Virus record (IMG/VR): IMGVR_UViG_3300027850_000169
Span: 1 to 64,000 of that record
Origin: a virus
Direction: 5' to 3' (one strand)
Length of the DNA: 64,000 nt
Under the pieces are notes generated by a model, which saw only the letters and a list, made by a program, of their open reading frames with translations, made no database searches and was not told the origin of the DNA. A program made the position numbers and the translations under genes. Positions 30,910 through 40,224 of the stretch are shown piece by piece. Numbering within the stretch: position 1 is the first letter of the stretch; each line of letters starts with the position of its first letter.

Positions 30910-32711
30910 GTCAACTCCTTATATTCTGCAAGTGCTGATTCGTAAGCTTTAGTCTTGCCTGGTCGTGCGTTCCATAACATCCAAATAATTTCGGTTTGAT
31001 TGTGTTTCATTTCCTGTTTCAGTTTTTGAATTAGCTCAATTGCTTGATTTCTGCCGAGTTTCAAGGGCGTGAAATAAACAATATCCGAATTGGTGAAACC
31101 ATTGTCAGATGGTTGTTTCATGCCTTGAGCGGTATCTGAAATCATTTCAGATTCGCCTAACTCCGGCTTAAGACCGAAAATCCGTTCCAGCCTCTCAATC
31201 TCACTCTCTTTGTCTGTCTTGATTTCAGTTTGCGACTCAATCAATTTCATTTCTTTAGGTTGTTCTAATTCAATTACAGCAGTATTTTGATGCTGCTGTT
31301 GATAGTACCTGACATCAGCTTGAAGGCAAACACTCGCTGGTTCCAATGTCGAAAAAATAATAGGACGTTCGCTGTGTTGCGAGATTGGTCTAAGCTTCTC
31401 GAATTCAGCAATCAATCTAACTCGAATATCCTTGTCACTGATGATGTGCTGACTTTGAATCATGTAGGACAAGACACCATAAGAATCATTCACTCCTTCA
31501 TCAGTTGTATAGTAATTTCCTAGCCCAATTAGGTTGAAGTTTTGACGCGAGTTGTTGTCGGCTTTCATGCCAATTGCTTTTAGATTGAAACTTTGTAAAT
31601 CTGCCCACAAGCAAACATTGAAGTCACGCCCATTGAGAACAATATCTACCAATTCAACTAAGTAGTTAGAGTCTTTAACGTCGGGATGAGCGGTTAACTT
31701 CTCTAACGCTAAGCTGATGCTGAACCAGTCAGCCAGTAGTAGACGAACAGGTGATAGATTCTTCCTCTTTTCCTCGTCTAAGTGTCTGCGCTTGTCATAG
31801 ATACTCCATACATGGTGAATAGTATCGAGTGTTTTTTTGACTTGGTTGATGTCAAAGATTGTGACTCTTCCCTTCTCTTTCAACCCACAGAAACTATCAT
31901 TTTTCTGACTAACTACCCAGAACTCTGCGGACGGCTGTTTCTCTTTGAGTATTGAAATCAAAGCCGCTTGAGTAACGCTTTTACCGCCGCCTGTACCTGC
32001 AATCAATAGCAGGGATTTTCTCGATAACGCTAGCTGATTAAGAATAGCTTTCGCTTTAGTTTCGGACGGATGCAACAAACCCGGTTCAAGCACTGGTTGG
32101 CTAGCAATTTCAGTCACCCCAAACGTGTCAACGATACCGTCAGTCAAGATACTTTTTTTTTCAGCCTCGTTTTCACTTACTGACGGCAAGGAAGCTTGTT
32201 GATTGACTGATTGAGTGTCAACGGCGGGTAATTGCTGTTGCTGGCGTGTTTCCGGCTCACTAGCGTACCAATTGCTAGCTTCTGCAAGTTCAATAAACGC
32301 GCTTTCGAGGTCTTTCTGGTGTGCTGTAACAGTTGTTGTTTTGTTTGCCTCGCACAACTCCCGCTCTGTCTGAAGTTCGGACTCAGTGCGAATCTTGCGA
32401 ACGCGCGTTGCTTTCTGGTATTCTTCTGCCTCTAGCTCGACTTCTGGGAGTCGATTAGAGACTATCAGGAATGCCATCACCGACAGAGGAACCGAACCCA
32501 TTAACAACAGAATGGCTAGAATTGTGTAGTTTGATGCAACTTTGGTGGCGGGCTTCTTGAGCGCTTTGTATTCGCGCTCTGTGACGATTTGCTCGGTACT
32601 GGTTAATTGATAGCGGGTTTGTTTGGGAACCATTGCACCGAGTATCATCAGCGCGTAAGCAGCCGTCACACAGCCAGAAAACATTGCTACTGCTTTGAGG
32701 TTCTTTTTCAT
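30903..32711 (-). CDS. Membrane-anchored P-loop ATPase (FtsK/HerA/VirD4-like)
   Basis: Two N-terminal TM segments, Walker A AGTGGGKS, degenerate Walker B LLLADW, NGRDFNV.L..DLQS. Confidence 0.7.
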   Translation of the reverse strand: MKKNLKAVAMFSGCVTAAYALMILGAMVPKQTRYQLTSTEQIVTEREYKALKKPATKVASNYTILAILLLMGSVPLSVMAFLIVSNRLPEVELEAEEYQKATRVRKIRTESELQTERELCEANKTTTVTAHQKDLESAFIELAEASNWYASEPETRQQQQLPAVDTQSVNQQASLPSVSENEAEKKSILTDGIVDTFGVTEIASQPVLEPGLLHPSETKAKAILNQLALSRKSLLLIAGTGGGKSVTQAALISILKEKQPSAEFWVVSQKNDSFCGLKEKGRVTIFDINQVKKTLDTIHHVWSIYDKRRHLDEEKRKNLSPVRLLLADWFSISLALEKLTAHPDVKDSNYLVELVDIVLNGRDFNVCLWADLQSFNLKAIGMKADNNSRQNFNLIGLGNYYTTDEGVNDSYGVLSYMIQSQHIISDKDIRVRLIAEFEKLRPISQHSERPIIFSTLEPASVCLQADVRYYQQQHQNTAVIELEQPKEMKLIESQTEIKTDKESEIERLERIFGLKPELGESEMISDTAQGMKQPSDNGFTNSDIVYFTPLKLGRNQAIELIQKLKQEMKHNQTEIIWMLWNARPGKTKAYESALAEYKELTW

Positions 32712-33229
32712 CAGTAGCCCCTCTTTCTTTTGGGCAGGAAGCTACTAGCGAACTTAACGGCTGTAAGTAAACAAACAGCCAGGAAGCCGATAAGCACTGT
32801 AACAGCCAACTGCTGATTCTTGGCGAGCCAATCCAACATTAGGTCGGAATTACTGATAGCAGCAGCGAAACCAGTTCCGACGCCACCAGCAAACAATCGA
32901 AATTTGTCAAGTGTCTTGAGTTGCCCCCAAGCAAAGGCGAATATCAGCCCGACTCCGACTAACACTAATCCAAACAACGCCATGACGACAACAAACCAGT
33001 TGATTGAGCGAAAGATTAGGAAAAGTAGTGATGCGCCGCTGATAAAGATGGTCAAACCCGCTAATTCCTGAGCGAGTAGCCATTGCTTTGTCACCCTTTT
33101 ATAAAGGTCGTTTTCAATTGGAATAACATCGTTTTCTGCGTAATCTTCAGATACTACATCAATCACCTCGGCTGATTTGTAGGGGGTAATCGGAGTGTTT
33201 CCTTCCTCCCCCATTGGGTACATAAACAT
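32711..33229 (-). CDS. Four-TM membrane protein
   Basis: Hydrophobic helices; coupled to the ATPase gene. Confidence 0.65.
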   Translation of the reverse strand: MFMYPMGEEGNTPITPYKSAEVIDVVSEDYAENDVIPIENDLYKRVTKQWLLAQELAGLTIFISGASLLFLIFRSINWFVVVMALFGLVLVGVGLIFAFAWGQLKTLDKFRLFAGGVGTGFAAAISNSDLMLDWLAKNQQLAVTVLIGFLAVCLLTAVKFASSFLPKRKRGY

Positions 33230-33234
33230 TCCGA

Positions 33235-33864
33235 TTACCTCTTACTAAAAAGCTTTTCAAGCTTGGTTCTGGCTGCCGCTATCTTTTGGTCGTCTTCCGT
33301 TTCTTCTTTTACCTTGTCGGAAACTTGACTTTTGGTTTTCTCGACCTGACCGTCTGACTTCTCTCTCTTCCTTTTTGTAGCGTCAGCAGCTATTAAAAGA
33401 CGGTTTTTGAAGTCTTGTGTTAGGTAATCCCTTTCTATATCTCCTTTTCCTTGAATAAACCCTTGTTCTTCTGTTAGTTGATGTTGCCAGGTGCGGTAAT
33501 GTTCTTCATACTCTGTGCCTGCCAATAAGGAAGACATAATAAAGGCGTCTTCCTTTTTTTTGGTGGCGTACATGAGTTTAACCGCCTCGGCTCTTAAGCT
33601 TTCGATTTCTTCGTGTGACTCGCAGATAGTCGCAAGGTACTCAAAGAATTTATTAGCCATTTCAACTTGCAGCAAAGCTCCTTCTGACAGGGCTTTTGTT
33701 TGTGCCAGATTTTCGAGATTTAAAGCACCAATTAAACCAGGATTGATGCCAAACAATCGAACTAATGCTGGCGGAATCTTAACACCTGAAAGCCATTGCG
33801 GGACATTAGCTAACGCAAGGTCTACGTCGTGAGCTTTTGCCAACTTCTTTTCAGCCTTAGCCAT
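33235..33864 (-). CDS. Coiled-coil hypothetical protein
   Basis: 209 aa, coupled within the operon. Confidence 0.65.
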   Translation of the reverse strand: MAKAEKKLAKAHDVDLALANVPQWLSGVKIPPALVRLFGINPGLIGALNLENLAQTKALSEGALLQVEMANKFFEYLATICESHEEIESLRAEAVKLMYATKKKEDAFIMSSLLAGTEYEEHYRTWQHQLTEEQGFIQGKGDIERDYLTQDFKNRLLIAADATKRKREKSDGQVEKTKSQVSDKVKEETEDDQKIAAARTKLEKLFSKR

Positions 33865-34184
33865 TACTTGTTTCCAAACGATGAATTAGTTTTGCAAAAC
33901 TCGTCAATCTTGGCTTGATTTTGCCGTAGGTTGAAACTAGCAACTATTCTTTCTTTTTCGGCTTCAGAAAGCGCTTTTTGATTGATAGCGTTCGTCGCTA
34001 AGTAGCCAGCAATTGCACCCGCAGCCAGCAAGCTTAACGCGCCTCCAAACACCAAGAATTGTTTACTGTTCGACGGTTCTGGGTGTTGATTGAAATCCGA
34101 TTGAGAACTGCTAACGACTACCGCTCCACCTGCGTTTAGATGCAGATTGGCTAGTTGTTGACGTTCTTTCGTAACTGTGTTCAT
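33864..34184 (-). CDS. Single-TM protein
   Basis: FLVFGGALSLLAAGAIAGYLA. Confidence 0.6.
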   Translation of the reverse strand: MNTVTKERQQLANLHLNAGGAVVVSSSQSDFNQHPEPSNSKQFLVFGGALSLLAAGAIAGYLATNAINQKALSEAEKERIVASFNLRQNQAKIDEFCKTNSSFGNK

Positions 34185-34510
34185 GAATTAACCTCTTTAA
34201 GTGTTGGCTCTCGGTCGTTGATTAACAATACTTGGCTTATGGCAATGTCGGTAATCCACCAATGGCTTTCTCTCTTGTCTGAAGGGTTGGAACCTTTTTC
34301 AATAATCCCCATACTCTTCAATTCGCTCAAAGTTACTGAAATGCTGTTTTCCGTGCGAAAACACCTCCTCGCTATTTCTTTGTTCGTACTAATACCGATT
34401 TCGTGAATCGCTATTAAAACCTTTTTCTCTCCTTGACTTAGGCGGTTTATTCGTCTCTTTGTTGCTAAATACTCTGCATGAGTCAATGTGATAGCCATGT
34501 TTTTTAACAA
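34181..34510 (-). CDS. MarR-like winged-helix protein
   Basis: LSQGEKKVLIAI, NKEIARR, ISVTLSELKSMGIIEK..NPSDKR. Confidence 0.75.
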   Translation of the reverse strand: MLKNMAITLTHAEYLATKRRINRLSQGEKKVLIAIHEIGISTNKEIARRCFRTENSISVTLSELKSMGIIEKGSNPSDKRESHWWITDIAISQVLLINDREPTLKEVNS

Positions 34511-34682
34511 TGTAAAAGTTCAAGAGAAAGAATGCGGTCATTTGCTAGAATACTATTAGAAACAATCCGAGAAAACAGTCGAATAATCTTGGTAAACATT
34601 GGTTGATTTTCCGTGGTTAAACATTGATTGATTAGTATTAGGAGAATCAACCGAAACAGCAACTGATTCTCCCACCGATTGA

Positions 34683-35048
34683 CTACGCTACGTCTATGAC
34701 ATCCGCAGCCGCAAGCATTTTTTTTGGGTCTGTCGAAGGCAGTTGGAAACGCGATTCATCTTCTAGTTCTGCAAGAGAGGTAGAAAATCCTTCAAGATGT
34801 CCAAAAATTTCGTCTCCAATGTCGCCAAAATCTCCTCTTGAAATGTCGCCGATAGCGTCAGTAATTCCGCCTAAAACGTATGCCTTAGTGCTCCGCCGAA
34901 CGTCGTTTCTAGCCTTGTCTAGTTGTGCCTGAATGTTGCCGACTCCGGCATTAGTATCAAGCGGTTTAGCTGCTTTACCCTTCCGACCGCCGCTACGATT
35001 TGCAGATTTGGCTTGATTGATTGCTTCTTGTTCAGATTGAGTAGTCAT
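34683..35048 (-). CDS. Hypothetical protein
   Basis: 121-aa ORF overlapping the upstream gene. Confidence 0.6.
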   Translation of the reverse strand: MTTQSEQEAINQAKSANRSGGRKGKAAKPLDTNAGVGNIQAQLDKARNDVRRSTKAYVLGGITDAIGDISRGDFGDIGDEIFGHLEGFSTSLAELEDESRFQLPSTDPKKMLAAADVIDVA

Positions 35049-35397
35049 TGAAGTAGTCCTCTATGGTTTGGATGATTGACTTGATTGCAGGTATTCGTCC
35101 GCGTTGCCTAACAGCTTGTCGGAATAGCCAGATAACCTGCGCTTCTTCCCGTGTAAACCCTTTTCGGCGACATCGAAAGGGCTTCTTTCTGTCTGGGAAC
35201 ATCTCAGTAAGTTGAGTTTCCCTTGTTACTTCTTCCAACTGAATCAACTCCAGCTTTCGGAGTGTCACCACATCCCGACGCAATTGCCCTAAAGAGATAC
35301 CCATCGTTGCAGCCATCAGATCAGTATTTAACCAGTCAATCTCGTCTGGAACTATTGCCGATAACGGTTTGAACTGGCTATGAACCTGGGCGTACAT
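35032..35397 (-). CDS. Putative HTH DNA-binding protein
   Basis: LMAATMGISLGQLRRDVVTL. Confidence 0.55.
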   Translation of the reverse strand: MYAQVHSQFKPLSAIVPDEIDWLNTDLMAATMGISLGQLRRDVVTLRKLELIQLEEVTRETQLTEMFPDRKKPFRCRRKGFTREEAQVIWLFRQAVRQRGRIPAIKSIIQTIEDYFNDYSI

Positions 35398-35626
35398 GGT
35401 AGATTTCTAAGGTTGCTAAATGTTCATTATGTGCACGTTATTAGTTCGACAAATTTCTAATGAACTTGCAACGAACTTTTAACGAACATGAACACACTGT
35501 AAAGGATACTGCGCGAAGTTGTCAAGGGGCAACGCAAACTATTTTTGTACTTTTGCTGAAACCCGCTAGACGACTAGGTTTTTCTGTGAGACACTTAAAG
35601 AAGTCGCGAAGTAGTAGAGCATTTCC

Positions 35627-35857
35627 ATGTCAAAAAAAGAAGACCCCACTTATTCACCACTGCGGGGTCACGTCCCGAAAGAACTGTATAAACGTTTCAA
35701 GGCGTATTGTGTTGAAGAAGAGATGAACAACTCCGAAGCACTGGAAAACGTACTCAAGTTTTATTTTGACTACCGAGAGAAGGTAGCACCTAAAAGCGAG
35801 ATAGCGACAGAGTTTGAGAAGATTCAGAAAAAACGAACTAAGGGGAAAAGTGCATGA
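35627..35857 (+). CDS. Ribbon-helix-helix (CopG-like) regulator
   Basis: LRGHVPKELYKRFKAYC....NSEALENVL; divergent from the membrane/ATPase operon. Confidence 0.75.
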   Translation: MSKKEDPTYSPLRGHVPKELYKRFKAYCVEEEMNNSEALENVLKFYFDYREKVAPKSEIATEFEKIQKKRTKGKSA

Positions 35858-36204
35858 TTGCCAAAAAATCAATTTCTATTAATACGGTTTTATTGACATT
35901 ACTGGCTTTATCGCTGGTCGGTTGTGGCGGCGAGAAAGGTAAAGCGATTCGGCAGAACGAGTATGGAGTAGATTGGCCGTTTACAGTGGAGGAAGGGAGG
36001 CTGTCTTGTGTCTGGTTTTCCGAACGTCGGCAAGTTGTGACGTTCATCGCACCAAACGGAACTGAATATGCGCTGAATGGTATTGCCCGTAGCTCAGGCT
36101 TTTTCCGACCTGTCGAACCAATCCACAAACCTGATCCAAGTAGCCCACGATTGTACAAAAGCTTGAACCCGGTGATTGCGAACGGGTTGAAGCTTTGTCC
36201 TTAA
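35854..36204 (+). CDS. DUF2511/YebY-like lipoprotein
   Basis: Lipobox LVGC, YG.DWPFTVEEG.L.C, YALNGIA, GLKLC. Confidence 0.75.
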   Translation: MIAKKSISINTVLLTLLALSLVGCGGEKGKAIRQNEYGVDWPFTVEEGRLSCVWFSERRQVVTFIAPNGTEYALNGIARSSGFFRPVEPIHKPDPSSPRLYKSLNPVIANGLKLCP

Positions 36205-36213
36205 GGTGTAGAA

Positions 36214-36961
36214 ATGGAAAAAATAAAGACAGACCTAAAAAAGCTGATTCTATCCCATCAAAGCCTCAGTCAACTCCAAAGACAGCGACAAGAGTACATT
36301 GCCAATCAATTAGTTACAAGGAAACTAGCGGAATGCGGAAAGCTCAGCGACTTTAGTCCTGAGATGAAAGCGAGCGGGGACTTCAGTCCCCTTCAATCTT
36401 TCTTAAATTTATTCCTCAAACTACGGAAAATTTCATTAATTGTGTTATACTGCAATAGTCAAGGTTAAACTCCTTTGCCATCGTGGAAAACAGGGACTAA
36501 GACACACTTTTAGGCACAAACCGGGGGACAAAGAGCGACGATAACTCTATAAACAGTCAGGGGCTAAACAAAACAGTCCTAAATCCAGTAAACAAAATAA
36601 TTCTTTTTGTTAAGTAGGGTAGGGCATACCCGAACTCTAGGTCAATATCCTAGTACGCTTTTGGAGATAGACCCTCTGGAGTGACTGCGAATCAGGCTCG
36701 TTAATTGGTAGGTTTCTACGGTTAAAAAGTTTGAGTATTGCCGAAAGGACGCAACATTTAAAGGTCAGTCGCTGAATTAAGAATCTCAGTGGTTTTAACC
36801 CTGAGAGTGTCAACGTATTCTGTAAAGGCAAAAACCTAAAAACTGCACTTAGAGAAATTCATCAAACTTGCGGAGAGCGAAGCAAGCTTATCGCAGTTAA
36901 GGTGACGGAAGACTTGGCATTGCATCTCGCCAAGGTTGCGGCAATGCCTGACGAACCTTAG
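36214..36961 (+). pseudogene. Small gene interrupted by the 496-bp element
   Basis: Joining 36317 to 36814 gives a continuous frame ...NQLVT-VFCKGK...DEP*. Confidence 0.45.
36318..36813 (+). mobile_element. Non-autonomous IS200/IS605-family element with RNA cargo (left boundary less certain)
   Basis: TTAC target; LE guide AAAG plus ctcag..ctgag hairpin; RE guide GAAT plus ctcag..ctgag hairpin ending TCAA; no tnpA or tnpB. Confidence 0.75.
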
Positions 36962-36985
36962 CTTGAACAAACAGGAAATCAACAA

Positions 36986-37027
36986 AAACCACTCACAGTC
37001 CCAACCGCTGTGGGTGGTTTTTGTTTT
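36986..37027 (+). terminator. Intrinsic terminator
   Basis: aaaccactcacag/ctgtgggtggttt hairpin plus T tract. Confidence 0.7.
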
Positions 37028-37107
37028 GCCAGCCTTGTTATAGCAGAATCGAGCGCACCCGCTCGCGCGCGTATTATATGCAGCCAGCGCAAGCGTTAGC
37101 TACCTTG

Positions 37108-37226
37108 TCGCCACAGCAGCCGAAACGCTTACACCATATACGTTTCAAACACGCCAAAAAATACTTTTCCAAAACACTTGACAAACCTTTGCGGGTAGCC
37201 TATATTAGTTTACATAGCCACTAAAT
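37108..37226 (+). promoter_or_regulatory. Repeated promoter cassette, copy 5
   Basis: TTGACA(37178)-17-TATATT; near-duplicate of 37945-38063. Confidence 0.85.
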
Positions 37227-37238
37227 CAAAGCAAGCAA

Positions 37239-37910
37239 ATGACTACACTCGCAGCAGCACTCAAAAAAGACCTCAAGCAAAATTTCAAAGATATTAAATT
37301 TTCAGTAACAACAAAGCGCAATGATGTCGGTGTCGCATGGGAGATGACTCTCGGCACAGCCGCAACCAAGCAAGCCGTTAAAGAGATTTGCAAAAAGCAT
37401 GAAACGGTTCAATATCACGGCTCTTTGATAGACGATACCGCTTGGTCGTCTGGGACGGGTGTTTACTACCACCCCAGCTACACCCAAGAAATGAAAGATT
37501 CGGCAGTTGCCGGAGTTATTGACTACAACAAGTTCGCTGACGCTACTTGGGACGACAGATATGAACGATTTGTGCAGGCTGACGGCAAGGAACATCTTCG
37601 CGCAACCAAACTATTCTACTACTATGTAGAGAATGGCGTAGCGTCACAATTAATTGACGAATACGGTAACGAACCGTCAGACAAACGCTGGTATTATGAA
37701 AAACTCAATACACCCGCACCGATTGAATTAGAGCCCGTTTTGCAACCCGAACCCGACTCCGCGCCCGATTGTATAAGCCTGGAAGAATGGGTTGCAACAA
37801 AAAGTAAACGGAATCAGCTAGAAGAAGAATCGGCACTAAAATCTGAGATTTGGGAGCTTCAGCAACGACTGATAGCACTACAGTTGAAGCGCTCGAAGAC
37901 TAACAGATAG
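37239..37910 (+). CDS. Hypothetical early protein (LPD29-like N-terminus)
   Basis: AAALKKDLKQNFKDIKFSV...V.W. Confidence 0.6.
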   Translation: MTTLAAALKKDLKQNFKDIKFSVTTKRNDVGVAWEMTLGTAATKQAVKEICKKHETVQYHGSLIDDTAWSSGTGVYYHPSYTQEMKDSAVAGVIDYNKFADATWDDRYERFVQADGKEHLRATKLFYYYVENGVASQLIDEYGNEPSDKRWYYEKLNTPAPIELEPVLQPEPDSAPDCISLEEWVATKSKRNQLEEESALKSEIWELQQRLIALQLKRSKTNR

Positions 37911-37944
37911 CACACAACTGGGAGGAACAATCCTCCCGTTATTT

Positions 37945-38063
37945 CGCCACAACAGCCGAAACGCTTACACCGCATACGTCTTTGACCACGCCAAAAAATA
38001 CTTTTAGAAAACACTTGACAAACCTTTGCGGGTAGCCTATAGTAGTTTACATAGCCACTAAAT
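37945..38063 (+). promoter_or_regulatory. Repeated promoter cassette, copy 6
   Basis: TTGACA(38015)-17-TATAGT. Confidence 0.85.
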
Positions 38064-38071
38064 TGAAGCAA

Positions 38072-38476
38072 ATGAAAAAACGCAGCCCCGTTGACATCGA
38101 CTTATTCCAGCATGAAAGCTTGATTCATAAGCTCAGTGAAAGTAATAGCGCATTTATCAAGTCCTCGGCTCCTTTCATCACAATCCCCGGTTTCTCTAGA
38201 GGTAACGATAAAATCGAGTTTGCAGTTGGCGACCTAGTGAAAGACGAAAAGCGGTCTTTCTATAAAACACCGATGACGTGGAAAGTTTTGGAAGTTTTCA
38301 GACAAAATGGATTTGTACACTATCAGTGCGAACTGGTGCTGACTCCTGCCGATTTAGCGGGAGGTGTTTGGAAGAAGAATGACCCACGAACCAAAACGCG
38401 GCATTCTCAAAAAGACCTTGAATTGACAGAAAGAGTGACTCAAGCCAATTTTAACAAGTCTAAACCTCGCGCATAA
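38072..38476 (+). CDS. Hypothetical protein
   Basis: ATG after the promoter; FAVGDLV motif. Confidence 0.6.
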   Translation: MKKRSPVDIDLFQHESLIHKLSESNSAFIKSSAPFITIPGFSRGNDKIEFAVGDLVKDEKRSFYKTPMTWKVLEVFRQNGFVHYQCELVLTPADLAGGVWKKNDPRTKTRHSQKDLELTERVTQANFNKSKPRA

Positions 38477-38516
38477 CGCACCACAGGGAGGATTACTCCT
38501 CCCGTTATTTCGCCAC

Positions 38517-38822
38517 ATGAAAAAACACGAAATCCCTCTCCTTTTTTTTGAAACCAAAAGCGAATCAATCAGCGAAACTTGCAAATGTGAATTTTGCGGC
38601 AAAAAGATTCAATTCTATTTGCACAAGCGCTGGATTAGCGGAGTAAATTCAGACTACCACGTACAAGACGAGAGCGGACCACACCGCAATTGTTACAGAC
38701 CTACGGGATGGTCAAAGCTTGGAGTTAAAGCTATTCCCGACGGTTGGGAATACCGAGACTCAGACAATGATGACGATAGGGCCTGCTTTACTCAAAAGAA
38801 ATACACCCAATTTTACAAGTAA
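38517..38822 (+). CDS. Hypothetical protein with CxxC
   Basis: CEFCGK. Confidence 0.55.
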   Translation: MKKHEIPLLFFETKSESISETCKCEFCGKKIQFYLHKRWISGVNSDYHVQDESGPHRNCYRPTGWSKLGVKAIPDGWEYRDSDNDDDRACFTQKKYTQFYK

Positions 38823-38875
38823 TACAACCGGGTCGCGCATGGTACACGCGAAACAGCAACTAACTGAGAAAAACA

Positions 38876-39103
38876 ATGAATAACGCCGAGCTAAAAACTC
38901 TTATCGAACATTTCAAAGCTTACTGCCTCGAAAAAAGGGAAATTTTGCAATCAGTTCCAAACGAAAAATACCACCACTCAGTCATCTTAGACAAGATGAT
39001 TATGAACGAAGAAAAGAAGTTGAAAGGAGACGAACAGCTTACATACACAAGAAATCAAGCTTACTTTGAGGCGAAAATCCCTCAATATTTCTTGAATAAG
39101 TAA
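38876..39103 (+). CDS. Hypothetical protein
   Basis: 75-aa ORF between two repeated hairpins. Confidence 0.55.
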   Translation: MNNAELKTLIEHFKAYCLEKREILQSVPNEKYHHSVILDKMIMNEEKKLKGDEQLTYTRNQAYFEAKIPQYFLNK

Positions 39104-39165
39104 ATTCACAGGGGTCGCGCATCCTACACGCGAAACGGCAAACCACTCAACACCAATAGAAAACA

Positions 39166-39498
39166 ATGATTTTCAAAGCAAAAGCAGAAATAGTTAAAGT
39201 GACCGAAGTTGAAGTAGCAGAAGTTGAAGCATCTGAAACAGCGAAGATATATAAACTTGGTCAAACCATGTTCTCGGAAGAATATTTTACACTGCCGTGT
39301 GCAGGTCATTGGCCATTAGTTTTTAAAAATAAAAAGGAATTCTTGAAAGCTACGGAATGCTATAAAGGCATCGGCCACATTCTTCAAGGTCAAGGTGGAA
39401 ACTATTGGGCGTGGCCAGCATACTCAATCATCGGAAACTTATTCTCGACTAAGGCTGAGGCAATGAGCTACCTTGATGCTGTAAATTCTAGGCGCTAA
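39166..39498 (+). CDS. Hypothetical protein
   Basis: 110-aa ORF in the early cluster. Confidence 0.55.
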   Translation: MIFKAKAEIVKVTEVEVAEVEASETAKIYKLGQTMFSEEYFTLPCAGHWPLVFKNKKEFLKATECYKGIGHILQGQGGNYWAWPAYSIIGNLFSTKAEAMSYLDAVNSRR

Positions 39499-39565
39499 CC
39501 TTTTTCGCCAATCTGCGGTACGGCTGAATAAAACCGCAAGAAAACCATATCAAAACCAAAATCAA

Positions 39566-39880
39566 ATGTCTATCTTCACAGATTTTATTGGAATATATTG
39601 CCTCATCCGCTCTAAGGATGCAGGTGTCTTTGCTGGCACTTTAATAGAGGTGGAGGGGGGCAATGCGCGAATTCAAAATGCTCGTCGGCTCTGGAAATGG
39701 AAGGGGGCGTCGTCCCTTTCTGAATTGTCACAGAAAGGAGTGTTACATCCCGAGTCGTGTATGTTTCCTTGTGAAGTCCCAGAGATTCTAGTTTTGGGAA
39801 TTATCGAGGTAATTCCCTGCTCTACAAAAGCAATAGATTCGATTGCCTCTGTACCAGAATGGTCGTCACATTGTCCTTAA
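39566..39880 (+). CDS. DUF6948-like phage protein
   Basis: IRSKDAGVFAG, NARRLWKWKGA.SLSELS..GV, IEVIPCS.KA. Confidence 0.75.
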   Translation: MSIFTDFIGIYCLIRSKDAGVFAGTLIEVEGGNARIQNARRLWKWKGASSLSELSQKGVLHPESCMFPCEVPEILVLGIIEVIPCSTKAIDSIASVPEWSSHCP

Positions 39881-39929
39881 ATGGTATCAAATCAGATTAG
39901 GTCAGATTAAGAGGAAAAGGACAAGGACA

Positions 39930-40007
39930 ATGAAAAACGACGGCTACGGCTACGGCTACAGCGACGGCTCCGGCTCCGGCGACGGCGACGGCTCCGGCTA
40001 CGGCTAA
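39930..40007 (+). CDS. 25-aa Gly-X repeat peptide
   Basis: AAGGA RBS; MKNDGYGYGYSDGSGSGDGDGSGYG*. Confidence 0.5.
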   Translation: MKNDGYGYGYSDGSGSGDGDGSGYG

Positions 40008-40224
40008 CACAAAACGCCAATCTGCGGTACGGCTGAAAAGAACCGCAAGAACCATGACAAATAAAACCCCATGAACAAACCAGTTGTAGTTTATCACCAA
40101 GTCAAGCCTGGTACTGACTGTCCTGACGGCATCTGTGCTGCGTGGGTAGTTTTAAAAGCAATTCAAGAGCAAGGCTGCAACAAATTTGAATTAGTTGGCG
40201 ACAGCTATTTGAACGACAAAGACT

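Noticed and set aside
39897-40100. Hydrophobic AVAVA minus-strand ORF
   Set aside because: Antisense reading of the Gly-X repeat; the surrounding genes are on the plus strand
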